Shown: piece after piece, positions 1 through 13,965 of the stretch | How positions within the stretch are numbered: the stretch's first letter is position 1 | How the letters are laid out: the number at the start of each line of letters is the position of its first letter | NCBI RefSeq assembly: GCF_001194135.2 | Contig: NC_068981.1 | Span: forward strand, 160,671,571-160,735,570 | Direction: 5' to 3' | DNA length: 64,000 bases | DNA from: Octopus bimaculoides | Lineage: Eukaryota | Made by a program: the position numbers and the translations under genes | The notes under the pieces: model-generated | What the model was told of the DNA's origin: nothing | The model's database searches: none | The model's input: only the letters and a program-made list of their open reading frames with translations

Positions 1-275
1 CAGTGCTCCTGGACTGGCTCTTGTGCGGGTGGCACATAAAAGACACCATTTTGAGCGTGGCCGTTGCCAGTACCGCCTGACTGGCCCTCGTGCGGGTGAC
101 ACGTAAAAGCACCCACTACACTCTCTGAGTGGTTGGCGTTAGGAAGGGCATCCAGCTGTAGAAACTCTGCCAAATTAGATTTGAGCCTGGTGTTGCCATC
201 CGGTTTCACCAGTCCTCAGTCAAATCGTCCAACCCATGCTAGCATGGAAAGCGGACATTAAACGATGATGATAAT
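1..275 (+). mobile_element. RTE-LINE 3'-derived repeat / SINE (family A) with (GAT)n tail
   Basis: ...GGAAGGGCATCCAGCTGTAGAAAC...AACCCATGCTAGCATGGAAAGCGGACATTAAACGATGATGAT; near-identical copy at 60612-60826. Confidence 0.85.
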
Positions 276-613
276 CAGAGTAACCTTCATAATTTTATTG
301 AATTAGGTGCATATTTTGCCATAACAAGAAAATGTTACTATCAATCTATTTTATTCAGGGTAGGCAAGTGCCTACTTTGACTACCTAGGCGGCATGTCCC
401 TGATATATATCATCATCCATCTGTTTTCCATGTTAGTATGAGTTGGCCAGTTTGATGACAGGAGCTGGAAAGCTACCCAGGCTCCATTTGTCTGTTTTGG
501 TGTGGTTTCTATGGCTGCATGCCCTTCTTAATATTAACCACCTTACATGGTGCCGGCACAAGTGCTTTTTACATGGTGCCAGCACAAGTGTTTTTTATGT
601 GGCACCATCTTTA

Positions 614-1504
614 TACAAGGTCTGATCGATGGGTATCTGGACTGTTTCCATAGTAATGAAACTAAAGCATGCAGAGTAAAGCCACTTGGCACAGAATGAC
701 CTTGAACTTGGCTGTGCATGCGCACTAAGTTTTAACGTTCTAGCTCACTTCCGCTGTTTACAGCAGTGATTGGAAGGGAGGTGTGTAGTGTGTGATCATA
801 GCATTGACCATGACTGAGAAAGTTGTCATGGCAATAGCTGCTCAGAGGTCTATGCAAAGATGCAGAACGTATATGGAGAGGAGTATATGAGCTGCACACA
901 AATGTATGAGTGGGTCAGACATTTCCAAGGTGGCCGAAAAAAATGTTGATATTGTTGAACGTTCTGGGAGGTCTGCAACCAGCAGAGCTGAGAAAAACAT
1001 CACAGATGTACGTGCAGCTGTGAGGGGAAAATTGTCGAATCACTATCTGTAAGCTATCAGAGGATGTGCAGATTAGTTACGGTTCAGTTCAGTCCATTAT
1101 CACTTAAGATTTGGGTGTGAGACGCGTGTCTGCCAAGTTAGTGCCAAAACTGCATTCAGCTCACCAAAAAGACCCTCAGGTTTCAGTTGCACATGATCTT
1201 GATTGTGTCGAGAACTATGAAAACTTTTTGAAAACATTGTGTAGTCCTCTGAGCAGGTATCACCAAGCTTTTGGTAAAATTTGATGTAGATTTGCTGCTC
1301 AACTTTCTGTCACGGTCAATGCAACAATCACACGCAACACACCTTCTTTACAAGCACTGTTGTAAACAGTGGAAGTGAGCTAGAATGTTAAAATTTAGTG
1401 TGCATGCACAGCAAAGTTCATGGTCAATCTGTGCTAAGCGGCTTCACTCTGCATGCTTTAGCTTCATTACTATAGCAAAAAGTCCAGATACTTATTGATC
1501 AGAC

Positions 1505-1510
<6 letters not shown>
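614..1510 (+). mobile_element. Internally deleted mariner/Tc1 element with long TIRs
   Basis: TA-flanked ends (TA)CAAGGTCTGATC...GATCAGACC; about 170-bp inverted arms (616-790 vs 1340-1508); decayed transposase N-terminus VYGEEYMSCTQMYEWVRHFQGGR...ERSGR...LGVRRVSAKLVPK. Confidence 0.85.
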
Positions 1511-1539
<29 letters not shown>

Positions 1540-1756
1540 TTATTGATAAATAGATAGATATCACTTGCTATTAAAATGTATTATGTAAATGGAAATATAT
1601 TTTATATTGTTATCAGTAATTTTATATTTTGATATGTTTGGTAATGTCTCTCTTTTGTTTTAAAAGTTTTTAATGTTTATATAACTAGACATTTATTTTG
1701 AACTTTATTACAATAGCCTAATTCCACTGGCATTTGCTTGTTCTTGTAATTTTCAG

Positions 1757-4700
1757 ATTCATTCCATTACACTAAAAGAGGACGAAAACGCCCATTCCAT
1801 GAAGTAGACTGGGAGGTATGTATTAATTTTATTTAGCAGTCAGGCCCCAATATATAATTTCTTGTGTATTGAGATTCAGAATATTTTATAGAATTTTCGA
1901 AAATATCACCCTTATTATTATGGATCTTGTAAAAATGATCCATCTTTTTTTAATTTTGAAGCATCTCTCGTAATTATCTCATATTAAGCACCATTCGAGT
2001 GTCGTCATTGCCTGTCCTGCCTGACTGGCCTTCGTGCCGGTGGCACGTAAGAATCACCCATTACATTCTTGGAATGGTTGGCATTAGGAAGGGCATCCAG
2101 ATCAGATTGGAGCCTGGTACAGCTTTCTGGCTTGCCAGTCCTCAGTCAAACTGTTCAACCCATGCCAGCATGGAAAGCAGACGTTAAACAATGATGATGA
2201 TTAAGATGGCTGTTGTATGATCACTGATCCCTCACGTGCTTGATAAAGTATTGCATTTTATTATAAACTATGGTACATTATGGTTTGGTTTTGCTTCATT
2301 TTACTGAACTATAGTGAAATGGGTTTTAATTACCAAACAGTGAGTGATGAGTATTACTTTCCTTTCTCTAGCATTCATAACCAGACCAACTTTATGACTT
2401 TTGCAGACAGTCTTCACATTTGAAAGTATTTAGTAGTTAAAATGTCATAGCACAACTGCATGCACATTATCTACAAATGCTCGCTCTGTCTCTCTCTCTT
2501 ATATATATGTATGGATATATATATATCTATGTTGTGTTGTACAGATTCTATATTAACCCATTACCTACCAGTGATCTCATATGAGATCACTTAAAAATTA
2601 CAAATTTCGTAATTATCTGTCAATATTTACACATATCTAACCTTTTTGCTATATCTACTAGATATATTTCTCTGATATTCAAATGAGGTTTGCTAATTTT
2701 TCACCCAATATCTCACTTATTTCTATTTAAAATGTTATTTTGATCATTCCAGCGTGTTTCTAAGGCTGTTTTATGCTAGAAATCAAAGTTTCATTAAAAA
2801 ATTCCAGTTAATAGAATTATGGGAGGTAATGGGTTAATAAAAGAAGAAAGTAGACAGAAGGTGTGGTACTGTTTTATTAAGTATCATATTGTTTTAGTGC
2901 TTTCTTTCTTTATAGACCTTCTCAAAAATTCATGTTATAAACTATTTTCACCAACTTCTGACTACTTTCTACAAGCCAATATAACAGTTGGTGTCATGAA
3001 GTTTACAACTCACAGTAGAATGCTAAGTTCACTGTGGATCCACTACATGTTATTCAAGAATATTATTAGACTTAAGAATGCTTTGCTTCACAGAATTAAT
3101 GTTCTGCTAAGCAAACCATTATAATGTTGAAATAGAAGTAATGTTACTATCTTTGTTGCATGTTTTATTTAACATGCATCATCATCATCATCATCATCAT
3201 TTAATGTTCGCCTTCCATGCTACCATGAGTTGGACAGTTTGACAGCAGCCGGCCAAGTAGGAGCTTGTACCAGGCTCCTGTGTCTCTTTTGGCATGGTTT
3301 TTAATGACTGGATACCCTTCCTAACACCAACCACCCCACAGAGTGGGCTGAGTACTTTTTACATGGCACCAGTACAGGTGAGGTCAGTTTTGGCATGGTT
3401 TTTACAGCTGGATGCCATTCCAAATGCCAACCACTTCACAGTGTGGACTGGATACTTTTTTACATGATGCCAGCACTGGCAGGATCACCAAGTAACTTGC
3501 GAGACAAGGAAGGGGGCATTGGAGGAGGTGATCTTGTGCCAGATGATTAATTACTAAATCAAATGAAATTGAAGCAAAGAGAGGGCAATATTTTATGACT
3601 ATTGCAATAATGAAAATTAATTTTATTCTTGTAACATTTTCCCTTTCAGGAACCTGAAGATGAAAATAGAAAAAACAAAATGCGTAAAGTTCATGAACCA
3701 CAAATTACACTCGACTCAGAAGGTTTTAATTTAGGTAAATATGAATATAATTTTTGTTCTATAAAAATAGTCTTTTATTAAATTCATTTGAAATGTTATT
3801 CATAGAAATGATTACTATTGTTGATATCTTTCACATTGACTACTCTTTATGACTTGCAGATTTTATTACTGCCAAAGAAGAAGGTGAACCATCACCACCC
3901 TATGATACTAAAGATCCTTTGAACAAAGCAGTCTGTAAGTAAATGTTTAAATTATATTAGTTATCTGAAAATCATTGTATGTAATATTGGTTTCAAATTT
4001 TGGCACAAGACCAGCGACTTCAGGGGAAGGACTAAGTCAATTACATCAACCCCCAAAAGGATGAAACGCAAAGTAGACCTCAGAAAATTTGAACTCAGAA
4101 CATGAAGATGAACAAAATGCTGCCAAGCATTTTGCCTGGCATGCTAATGAGTCTTCTAGCTTACCTAATGGTATCTGATATACACTCAGTGGTTAGAGTG
4201 TCAGGCTCACAATCACGAGGTAGTGAGTTTGATTCACAGGCTGGGCTGCTTGTTGTGTTCTTGAATAAGACACTTTATTTCATGTTGCTACAGTTCACTC
4301 AAGTATATAGAAACTGAGTGAGAAGTTTAGGGATGATTATAGATTTATTGTTTTGATGAGGAGATGCACTGTATGACACATTTATTGGAAATTGCCTGAC
4401 TTTGAACTAGGTTCAGATCTAATTCTTATGACTGTGTATGTGTGTGAAGTAGGAGGAGATTAAATATTTACTCTGTCAGCTGATATCTTTGAAGTTAATT
4501 TTTCATAATATTCAAATATTTTCTTTCCCCTCAATAGTGAATCTGATGAGGATGATGAACTCCCTCTTACACAGCAGTATAATCAGCCCTCGAACTGGTT
4601 TTGTAGCTGCACTTATTGAAGAAGCAGTACGATGTGGCAGGCAATATTCTCGTCTTATTCTTCAATTCATGCCTCAAGGAATGGTAGGTTTTCAGTGTTA

Positions 4701-6180
4701 TTTTTTCTTAATTCTGAAGAAAACAAACATTATCAATATGTTGAAAAATAACCCCAGAATCACTTCATCAGAAGTGTTTATATCGACTCAACACCTTTAC
4801 TTTACAAATTGTATATTATTAATTTGTAGATTGTGTTTGTTTGATAATTACTATAATGCAATAAATTTTCATTTTATAACATTACATTTGAAATTCACGC
4901 TGACATCACTTAGAAAAAAGATTAAGTCCCACCATTCAACCTGTCTGACTCTTTCATAAAATGCTTGTAATAATCTGGCCAGACTAAAGTATCTCATCTA
5001 CCCTACATTATCTTTAATCCTTCACCAGTCACTTTACAACAGTGCACTGGGAACTGGTTACATTGCTAGTAATGGTTTCTTTAGTTCAGGAGGAATTTTT
5101 TTCTTTGAAGTTTGGAATAACTCTTGAGTTAATGCAGGCATTAAAGCAAATTAATATTTTTTCACTAGTCTAAAATTTGATTATTTTGTAAATAAATACT
5201 AGTTTATCCCTTTAGCATTCAGATTACACTGTCAGACATAATGTTTATTTATTCAAATTGGCTTGAATTAATCCTGCAGTATCTTACTGCTTCAAGATTT
5301 CATTGATGTGAGTGTGTATTTTTAGAATGACATTGTATGGTTGGTGTGAGAGGCCAAATCTGGTCTGCTTGAACATAAAACTGGTAGAGTATCTTGGTCT
5401 GATATGGCCAGTTTAAATACTAATGGGTTAAATCATTGAAAATGTAAAATTAATCACTCCAAATCCTTAGAGAGATTCAAACTTTGTATTGTTAAGTTGC
5501 CTTCTGCCATCTGATTGATTGATTGATAATATCTGTGACAATGTAAATGAAGCTATTTTTAGTAACTAAATGTTTAAGGTACTCGGTTCATAGCCTTTTG
5601 GGCATTGTTTTATAATTGTTAGATATATATAAAATGTTTCAGTCTCTATAGACAAGAATATCAGTACAAGTGAAAAATATAAACCAAAGCCTTTTAATGA
5701 ATATTGTTCCCCAAGAAAGGATTTAGAAATGAAGACAAAGAAACCTTTTCTTTTTTATACTTTTCAAACCAAAGGATGTCAGAATAATGGCTTTTTAGTC
5801 AGATACAAAGTTTTGGACTTACAGAAAAGAGGTAAAAAGAAGTTGGGACATGCATAACCTCCCTAAGCAAATTTGTACCTTAATTGAAAATGATTCAAAT
5901 TGGGAATCAAAACTAGTTTATGAATTGAATTTGCTAAGTAATTAGAAATTCACTGCAGTATCTGCCATTATAGAAATAGTTAAAATGAAGATTTCTTGAT
6001 TATTGATTGTTCTAACATTACTATAAACTTCCTCTGTTTCAGGTTACTCAGTTATTAAAATGTTTACCAGGATCTCTAACAAATCAACAAATTCTTTCTA
6101 TATGTGATTTATCCACCACTGTAGGACGTAAAGTAGCAGCTAAAGCAATATACCAAAATGCACAGATGAAAAAAGTATAA
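1757..6180 (+). CDS. MED24: Mediator complex subunit 24, 3' part (last 5 coding exons; gene starts upstream of window)
   Basis: AG/GT-bounded exons 1757-1815, 3650-3734, 3860-3934, 4538-4683, 6043-6180 join in frame: SFHYTKRGRKRPFHEVDWE-EPEDEN...KDPLNKAVLNLMRMMNSLLHSSIISPRTGFVAALIEEAVRCGRQYSRLILQFMPQGMVTQLLKCLPG...ICDLSTTVGRKVAAKAIYQNAQMKKV*. Matches the remembered human MED24 C-terminus (DPLNRVLANL...SVLQFMP...DLSLPLGRQVAAKAI). AATAAA at 6209-6214. Confidence 0.88.
1998..2200 (+). mobile_element. Family A copy
   Basis: Same core and ATGATGAT tail. Confidence 0.8.
3176..3545 (-). mobile_element. Family A / RTE 3' UTR copy, older
   Basis: (TCA)n followed by the reverse complement of the family A core. 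Confidence 0.7.
5204..5431. mobile_element. piggyBac-like MITE (TTAA-flanked, CCCTTTAGCATT TIRs)
   Basis: Consensus TTAA-CCCTTTAGCATT...AATGCTAAAGGG-TTAA from copies at 5204-5431, 6290-6482, 31477-31699 and 52829-53018. Confidence 0.7.
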
Positions 6181-6943
6181 AATAGCATATTTTTTTTTTG
6201 TTTTTATAAATAAAATTATTAAAAAATTTCCCTTGTCTGTTTTTATATGTTACATTATGATCATCATCTCTTTCATCATCATCATCATTTTAGCCCTTTA
6301 GCATTCACATTATTCTGTCAAAAGTAATGCGTATTTATTCACATCGTTTTGAATTAATCATGCATTATCTCATAGCTTTGAGATTTTGATGAGGCAACTG
6401 ATTGGTGTGAAAGGCCAGGTTTGGCCAGTTTGAACATAAATATTTAGGTTCCATATGGCTAGCTTAAATGCTAAAGGCTTAATGTCTACTTTTCCATGCC
6501 TGCATAGTTCAAATGCGAGTACATTGGGGACGAGTTTTTACAGTTGAATGCCTTTCCTGTCACCAACCCCATTTGTTTCCAAGTGAGGTAATAATCACTC
6601 AGTCTCTTGAACAACAAACAACCTGGCCATGTTTATGCTGGGAACTGGAAACTGAATGAGCATTTTCTTTACAAAGATCATTCAACATATCAAGTCAAGT
6701 TAAGAAACCCGGAGATGCTTTTGTGGTAGACTGCAATCGAATGACTGTTATGAAGGACTTTATTACAAACCAGCAGACAAGGGAAATATGAACTCCCACA
6801 AACACAAACATGTACATATTGTTATAAAGTTTGAGCTACAACAATGGTTTCAGTTCTTGTAATGACAACTGCATGTGTCAACACCTTATTTATTTCGTCT
6901 CTATTGTTTTGGATTTCCACCTCTGACTTCAAACAGCAAACAC

Positions 6944-7325
6944 CATCATCATCATCATCGTTTAACGTCTGCTTTCCATGCTAACATAGGTTGGACGATT
7001 TGACTGAGTACCGGTGAACTGGATGGCTGCACCAGGCTCCAATCTGATCTGGCAAGGTTTCTACAGCTGGATACCCTTCCTAACGCCAACCACTCCGAGA
7101 GTGCAGTGGGTGCTTTTACGTGCCACCAACACGAGGGCCAGTCATATGTAATACAAATGTATTTATTGATAATAAAATGATTTTCATTATCATCATCATT
7201 TAACATCTGTTTTCCTTGCTGGCATGGGTTGGATAGTTTGACTGAAAACTGGTAAGCTGCACCAGGTTCCAGTCTGATTTGGCATGGTTTCTACAGCTGG
7301 ATGCTCTTGCTAACACCAACCACTT
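6944..7325 (-). mobile_element. Two adjacent family A copies
   Basis: Reverse-complement cores at about 6944-7143 and 7190-7325, each preceded by (CAT)n. Confidence 0.8.
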
Positions 7326-7959
7326 CAAGATGGTACCTGATTCATAAGAAAGTACTAAAATCATATAGAAAGTCCTAGTTATAATAATTTTATTTTGTTA
7401 GAATGTTACTAAAATTATAAAGCCTGAACAATAGTTTTATTTGAAGAAAACTTCATGTGTCTGCACCTTTTTAACTGCTTCACCCACCCCCACCTTTAAT
7501 AAGGAGACATTTGATTTACTCCCCTGACTATTCATTACCAACTCTTCCCCTATGTATAGGTATGCAGTTTGAGTGTGCTCCTTTCCGGCATCCCACGCTG
7601 TTATGCATATGTATGTGTAAAGTATATGTTTGTGTGTAATGCATACATGAGATATATACTGGGGGAGTGTATGAAGACACCATCACTGTTTCTCCTTGAT
7701 GTTGCGTCCTCTTAGCTTCTTTTTTCCAGCTAGCTAGAACACCCCACTTCACCTTTCATCCTCTTCTTTCTTGCAGGTACTTGCCCTTGATAGTTTGTGG
7801 GATTGAGGGAAATTGTAATTCATTGAAATAGTAATCATTTAATTGGACATGTACAGGAGCCCTGGCAAGTGTTCACTCAATTTTTTTCCCTTTCAGATGC
7901 TAGCCACAGTACCCACAACTACTCTTCAGCTTTTCCTATAAGTACACGACTTTAGAGCT

Positions 7960-8560
7960 GCTATAATCAATACTGACTTAATGAAAGGTAGATCTGTTGA
8001 GATCTTGAAATTCTAGGGCAGGAGCATATAGATGTGTATTGTGTGCAATAGGTGAGATGGAAGGGGACCTCAGCTAGACTCCTCGTGGGCAAGGAACAAA
8101 GATAAAATTCTTTTGGGTGGACAGTAGTGATGGGATGGGTGGTGTAGGCAAACTTTTGGCAGAAAAACGTGATGATAGATTGACTGATGTAATCAGAGCA
8201 TGTGATAGGATAATTAAGCTGAGACTAATAATGTCAGATAAAGTACCAGCACCATCTTTGCTCATACGCCACAATCTGGACTGGCAGATAAACAGAAGGA
8301 CCAATTTTACAACACCCTTTTGCAGAATAACTCAGTAATGACCTTATTGTAGCTGGTGACTTCAACAGACATATTGGACAGCACCCCATTGGATTCCAGG
8401 GCTTACTTGGAGGTTACAGCTTTGTTTCTAGAAATGAGGAGAGAACAAGATAGCTGGTGTTCTGTAATGCAATTGAGTCAATGATCAGCAACACTAACTT
8501 CAGGGAACCAGCCAGCTAGCCACCTGATCAGCTATTAGTATGGTGCACATGAAGAATGTA
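7960..8560 (+). mobile_element. Decayed RTE LINE endonuclease fragment
   Basis: MKGRSVEI...IDVYCVQ*VRWKGTSARLL...FFWVDSSDGMGGVGKLLAEK...VIRACDRIIKLRL...LIVAGDFN, with stops and frameshifts. Confidence 0.75.
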
Positions 8561-8699
8561 CAACCCTTTCATAGGTTAGTGATTAGTGACTTCAGAAAAT
8601 AGAGACATATAGCATAGAGGACAATTGGATATATATGAATATGTTTTTCCATGCATCATCTTATGATGCACCTGGACATGTCATAAGTGATGTTTCCCA

Positions 8700-9200
8700 A
8701 GGACGTTAGGTGTTTCAGGTCTTTCAACATCTGACACCCTGACCCAGATGACCTATTTGGGATTGATCAAGCTCCAGTTTTGTCCAGTTAGCACTGCCAC
8801 TTCTATGGCTTGCACCTCTTGATCCACAACCACCCTGAGGAAACCTACTGCTTCCACAGCCAACTTGATAGCTGGCAAACTTTCTGTATCCCACCTCAAT
8901 GGGATCACACCTTGCTGGCCATTCATTACTTTGGCATCCTCCTCTTACTCTCATTTTCCTACTCAATATGTTTCTCCTAGGGAATGGAGGTTCAACAGAA
9001 CCACTTGCTTGGATGTTTCTAAAATCAGCACCATTTCCAGCCTTAGTGATGTTGAAATAACAGTTTCTCAGAATTTTGGCTGCTTCTCCAGACCAACTTA
9101 CTGCTCCTAATCTTTTGCCATTGCAAATAAGCCTGAAGTGGCATCTTATTCTCAGCATCCCTGACAAAGGTGATAAACTTCTTTGTTTTTGACAGAAGTA
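8700..9200 (+). mobile_element. Possible highly decayed CR1/L2-type LINE fragment
   Basis: GC-richer block with weak resemblance to the EN-RT linker (SQ..G.../PEV..SASDK). Confidence 0.3.
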
Positions 9201-10429
9201 CATACAATAACTAATCACATTTTAGTTGTATTAATCGCAGGTCAACAAAGCTGGGAAAAAGTGTTTGATTTCTCACCAGTTGTTTCGTTTTTGCTACTTT
9301 TATCTTTTTGTATCTCACAACATTTCTTTCTCTCAAATTTGGCTTTCTTCCCTTCCCCCATGTCTTTTAGTCTTCTTCCTTGCTCTTCTGTTCGCAACAA
9401 TTCGGTCAATCCCAGGTCATACACACAATCTCAAATATATTAGCAGATACACATACATGCGCACATATGCATGACTTGTTAATTTTGCATGCTCGTAAAT
9501 TAAGACAAGTGCATTTATGTCATAAATGAAATATTATCTTAATGATATTATTTCATTGACATCCTTAGCCAGTTAGTAATGGTGGAAACAAACAATTCGA
9601 CTTTCTATTGTCTGATTGTAACCTTACCTCATTAATGTTTATATTTGAGGCTCTGGAAATATACATTTAGAATATATAAATTTAACAGATACATTATTTC
9701 ATAAACAAGTTCTGGCGTGTTTTGACATAAGATTTATTTCAGTTGGAACACAGTTGTAACAAACAAACAAAAAACGAAAATAATAATGATAATAATTTCC
9801 TTTGAATAATAATAGTCCCAGATAACATTTCATATTGAAATCTGTGAATTGAATGAGTTTGTATGTTGTGGAATGAGAGGGAATCTCACGTTTCAGACCG
9901 GACAAAAGGTCAAACCGAAACAGGAATATCTCAGCAACTGAAATTATATTTTCCTTCAGCGAAAGTTGATTCTGAAATATCAAATTTCTCTTATCCCCAA
10001 GGCTTACCAAAACTCATAAACTTCAAACAAAAACGAGATAATGTTAAAAGGAAAGAATAAATATTTATAGTATAGAAAGCAAACACCTGTACTCATATAA
10101 GAGGAACACTAATATTATTATTTTTCTTATCAGATAACATTTCAAGTATGTTTAATTGTGTATTTTACTTGAATAGACGGACCATTTACATAATTCTTTG
10201 TTTGTTTATGTATTTTATTGTTTGCTCAAGGTATCAGGAAAGGATTTTATCAATGGTGATGGTGATTGCAATGACAATGATGATGATTTTTTTTATTTGC
10301 CACTAGAGGTACAATACAAAGACAGACATAAAATGTTGGGGTTCACTTAGAATTCAGTAATACAAAACTAAAATCATAAAATATAACTAAACATGGTATA
10401 AAACATTAACAAAAATATGATGATGATAA

Positions 10430-11535
10430 TGCAATTCTTCTGATGCTGGAGGACTTCCAGGGCCAATTGAAGAATTTCGCCATCCTGACTATCCTTGAAC
10501 ACCAAAGGTAAATGCCCTCTGTATTTGTTGTTCACCGCTCTCAACTACTTTTCAACAGATCCACTCTGGGACAGCACCCCACTCTCTACTCTCACTTTCC
10601 TTTCAGAGTGAAACCTGAAAAAGTCAATGAAGGTCTTACCAAAGAGGAAAGTCTCTCATGTTTTCAACTTTGTCCTCCACACAACTTTTTCACTACAGCT
10701 ACCAAACAGAGGAAAACTGCCAGGATGCTGGCAGAGCAATTATCACAACAGACTGGGCTGATGGCCAGATCTGTCTCATATACAACAGTAGCTGTTTGAT
10801 ATAACTCCATGAGTCAGCAATGCCAGGGCTCTAAACAAGTGCATGCTGGAGGCTTTTGTTTCTCTGCACACGTTTCAGACAGATCCATCTGTCTGTAACT
10901 GTAGAGTTTATCTCAGACTAGTCAGCATTGCCAGGCTAAAGACTTTTGAAAATAATTCATAGTAGTCTCTAACCTGACAGTTGCCTACTATATCTCCTTT
11001 GTCAGCATCTTTTCTCAGTAGCATTTCCACTTCCTGGACCACAAAGCTAAAATTTTTTCATTCAACTGCCAGTTGTAGTAGTCATTTGAGGTCACCAAAG
11101 AAGTTGAGTATGAATTCATAAAACTCAAAAGGTTGTCCATCAAAACCAGATGATTTGTACCTTGCATAACTGTTCATCATCTGCATTTCAGTGGCTGTTA
11201 TCAGCTTTTCACAATAACCTATGCATTCTGCCAAGAGCTATGGTGGGCCATCTTTGACCCATCACCTACCTTGAACAGTTGAATGAAGTGCTGCAGAAAA
11301 ACCACATGCATTTGCTTGGAACTAAGGAACACACACTCATCTTAATCAGTCAAAGACCAGATTGTAGCTTTGTTATCATGTTGTATCTCCTTGCAAATCC
11401 ATGTTAACTCGTCCTCATATATCTTCTCCACACTTACTCTCTGCACATACTTTACTATAGAGGTGAGAACAAACCATTTTGATTCTTGGATATTGTTTCT
11501 GGCCACAACATCTTTCTTTTAGAACTGGGGTGATT
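10430..11535 (-). mobile_element. Decayed L1/Tx1-clade LINE ORF2 fragment
   Basis: Minus strand KSSGFDGQPFEFY (compare KSPGLDGLP.EFY) and C-terminal FFRFHSERKVRVE. Confidence 0.6.
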
Positions 11536-12311
11536 CTAAGGACCTACTGTTGTCATTCCTTTCCAAAAACTCCCATCTTTTTCTCTTCTCCAACTTTGAT
11601 TCTGTTGTATAGAAAAATGTATGAATGTGGAGCTGAGCAGAATAGCGGATCAGCAGAATTATCAAAGTATCATCAGACAAAATGTTTTATATAATTTAGT
11701 TACACTTCTTTATGTTCTGAGTTCAATGGAATCAATAAAATGAAATATTAGTCTACTATTGGGGTCAATATAGTTGACTGACCTTTACCTCTGCCATGTT
11801 TCTAGACTTATGCCTAAGCTAGAAATTATTATTAATATTACTGGGAAGGAAATTTCCACACTGCAGTGACATTTCTTTATGATTAGTTGAGGTGTGGAGA
11901 ATTCATTTCCTTGCTATATGAGAAATGAAAAATAATATCATGATAATGTTCCACATAATTAATTTCATTTAGCTTTCTAATGTATGCTGCATTAGATATG
12001 TTAATATCAATAGTCTTTATCACTATGCATCTGGGTTTTTTTAATCTTGCATATCATTAGAAGAGACTAAATGGATTGCTCTCAGGAAAGGTATCATGCC
12101 ATAAAACACTGCCTCAAAAAATCTTTCTAACCCATACCAGCATAGAAAAGCAGATGTAAAAATAATAATAATGATAATCCTTTCTACTATAGACACAAGA
12201 CTTGAAATTGTGAGGGAGCTGGCTAGTCAATTAAGTTGACCCCAGTGTTTCACTGGTACTTAATTTATCGACCCCAAAAGGATGAAAGGCAAAGTTGACC
12301 TTGACAGAATG

Positions 12312-12342
<31 letters not shown>

Positions 12343-13394
12343 TGATGATGATAACAACAACAATAACAAAACAACAATGATGATGACAAAAGTGAATTAG
12401 TACAATGACCCACACAGTAATAAAATGATCATGGTTTCTTTTAAATAAATCAGTTTGTCTGTGAACTGTCCATAATAGGTAAAAACTACAGGTTTCACTT
12501 TGTGTGCATCATCATCATAATTCTCATCATCATCGTATTTGTTTTAAAATTGATTTCTTTATAACCAGTATAGTACTGGTGTAGTGACTAGAACAAAAAT
12601 GCTTTTAAATTAGTGGGTACCTAACCTGCTAATCTATACATGAGCACACCTGTCTACACAAATATCCTTTGAAAAGAAACATCACAGATGAAAAACATTT
12701 CTTCAAATTTCCAAATACAAAATCTTTGAATAAATGGAAGTGCCATTCAATAAAACTGTCAATTTATGTGTTACTTGTGAACTCACCTACAAATTCATCA
12801 ACCAGTCTTAACAAATAGTCTAGTTTTCAAGCCCTGACAAGTTCCAAATAGCAATTCTTCAACAGCACAAAGTAACGACATCAACATCTTATTTTGATAT
12901 ACAAAAGCTTATATATAACAAAAGGTTTTAGTGGGTCTGGCCATTAACTCATTGTTGGTAGTACACAGTGAAGGCTAAGTGATTATGGTATTCAACTCAT
13001 GATCATAAGGTGATGAGTTCGGTACCTGGTGGCACATGGTGTCTTTGAGCAAGACACCTTATTTCATGTTGCTCCTGTTCACTCAGCCAGCAAAAATGAG
13101 TTGTATCTGTACTTCAAAGGGCCAGCCTTGTTACATTCAGTGTATCACACTGAATTTTCCTGAGAATGTATAGGTACGTGTGTCTGTGGAGTGCTCAGCC
13201 ATCTTCATGTTTCATTGATTAGATCAGCTGGAACTCATGTTGTTGTAACTGATGGAATGTCAGTGCCAGTGGTAATAGACAATATTAATAGGCTGCATGT
13301 GAAGGTGAGAACCACTACACTAATGTAAGTTTATATTTGTTTCTGTACTTTTTTATTACTTGGAACATTTGCAGTTACATATGTTCCTTCATTG

Positions 13395-13921
13395 GACACT
13401 AAACTCTGCTTGTGAAGACCTCTTGAAGCAAGTGAAATCAAAATCAAATTCGATGACAGCACCGCATGACTGGCTTCCATGCTAGTGGAGCGCTAAGAGC
13501 ACCATCTGGGCATGATTGTTGCCAGGGCTGCTGACTGGCTCCTGTGCCAGTGGCATGTAAAAAGCACCATCCGAGCATGATTGTTACCAGCATCGTTTTA
13601 CTGGCACTTGTGCTGGTAGCACGTGAAAAACAACATTCGAGCAAGGTCGTTACCAGTACTGCTGGACTGGTTCTTGTGCAGGTGGCACGTAAAAACACCA
13701 TCTGAGCGTGGCCGTTGCCCGTACCGCCTGACTGGCCCTCGTGCCAGTGGCACGTAAAAGCACTCACAACACTCTTGGAGTGGTTGGTGTTAGGAAGGGC
13801 ATCCAACCATAGAAACCAAGCCAAATTAGACTGGAGCCTGGTACAGCCCTCTGGCTTACCAATCCCAGTCGAACATTTAACCCATGCCAGCCTGGAAAAT
13901 GGATGCTAAATGATGATGGTA

Positions 13922-13955
<34 letters not shown>

Positions 13956-13965
13956 GGATGATGAT
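13395..13965 (+). mobile_element. Long family A copy with internal tandem subunits
   Basis: 4-5 degenerate units GACTGGC..GTGCC.GTGGCACGTAAAA.CACC, then the core and a long (GAT)n tail. Confidence 0.85.

Noticed and set aside
2570-2591. Perfect 22-bp palindrome AGTGATCTCATATGAGATCACT
   Set aside because: It follows a TTAACCC end and half of it recurs near 39700, so it is most likely part of a MITE.
13500-13770. Spaced short repeats resembling a CRISPR-like array
   Set aside because: These are degenerate tandem subunits of the family A retroelement in a eukaryotic genome, with no unique spacers and no cas genes.
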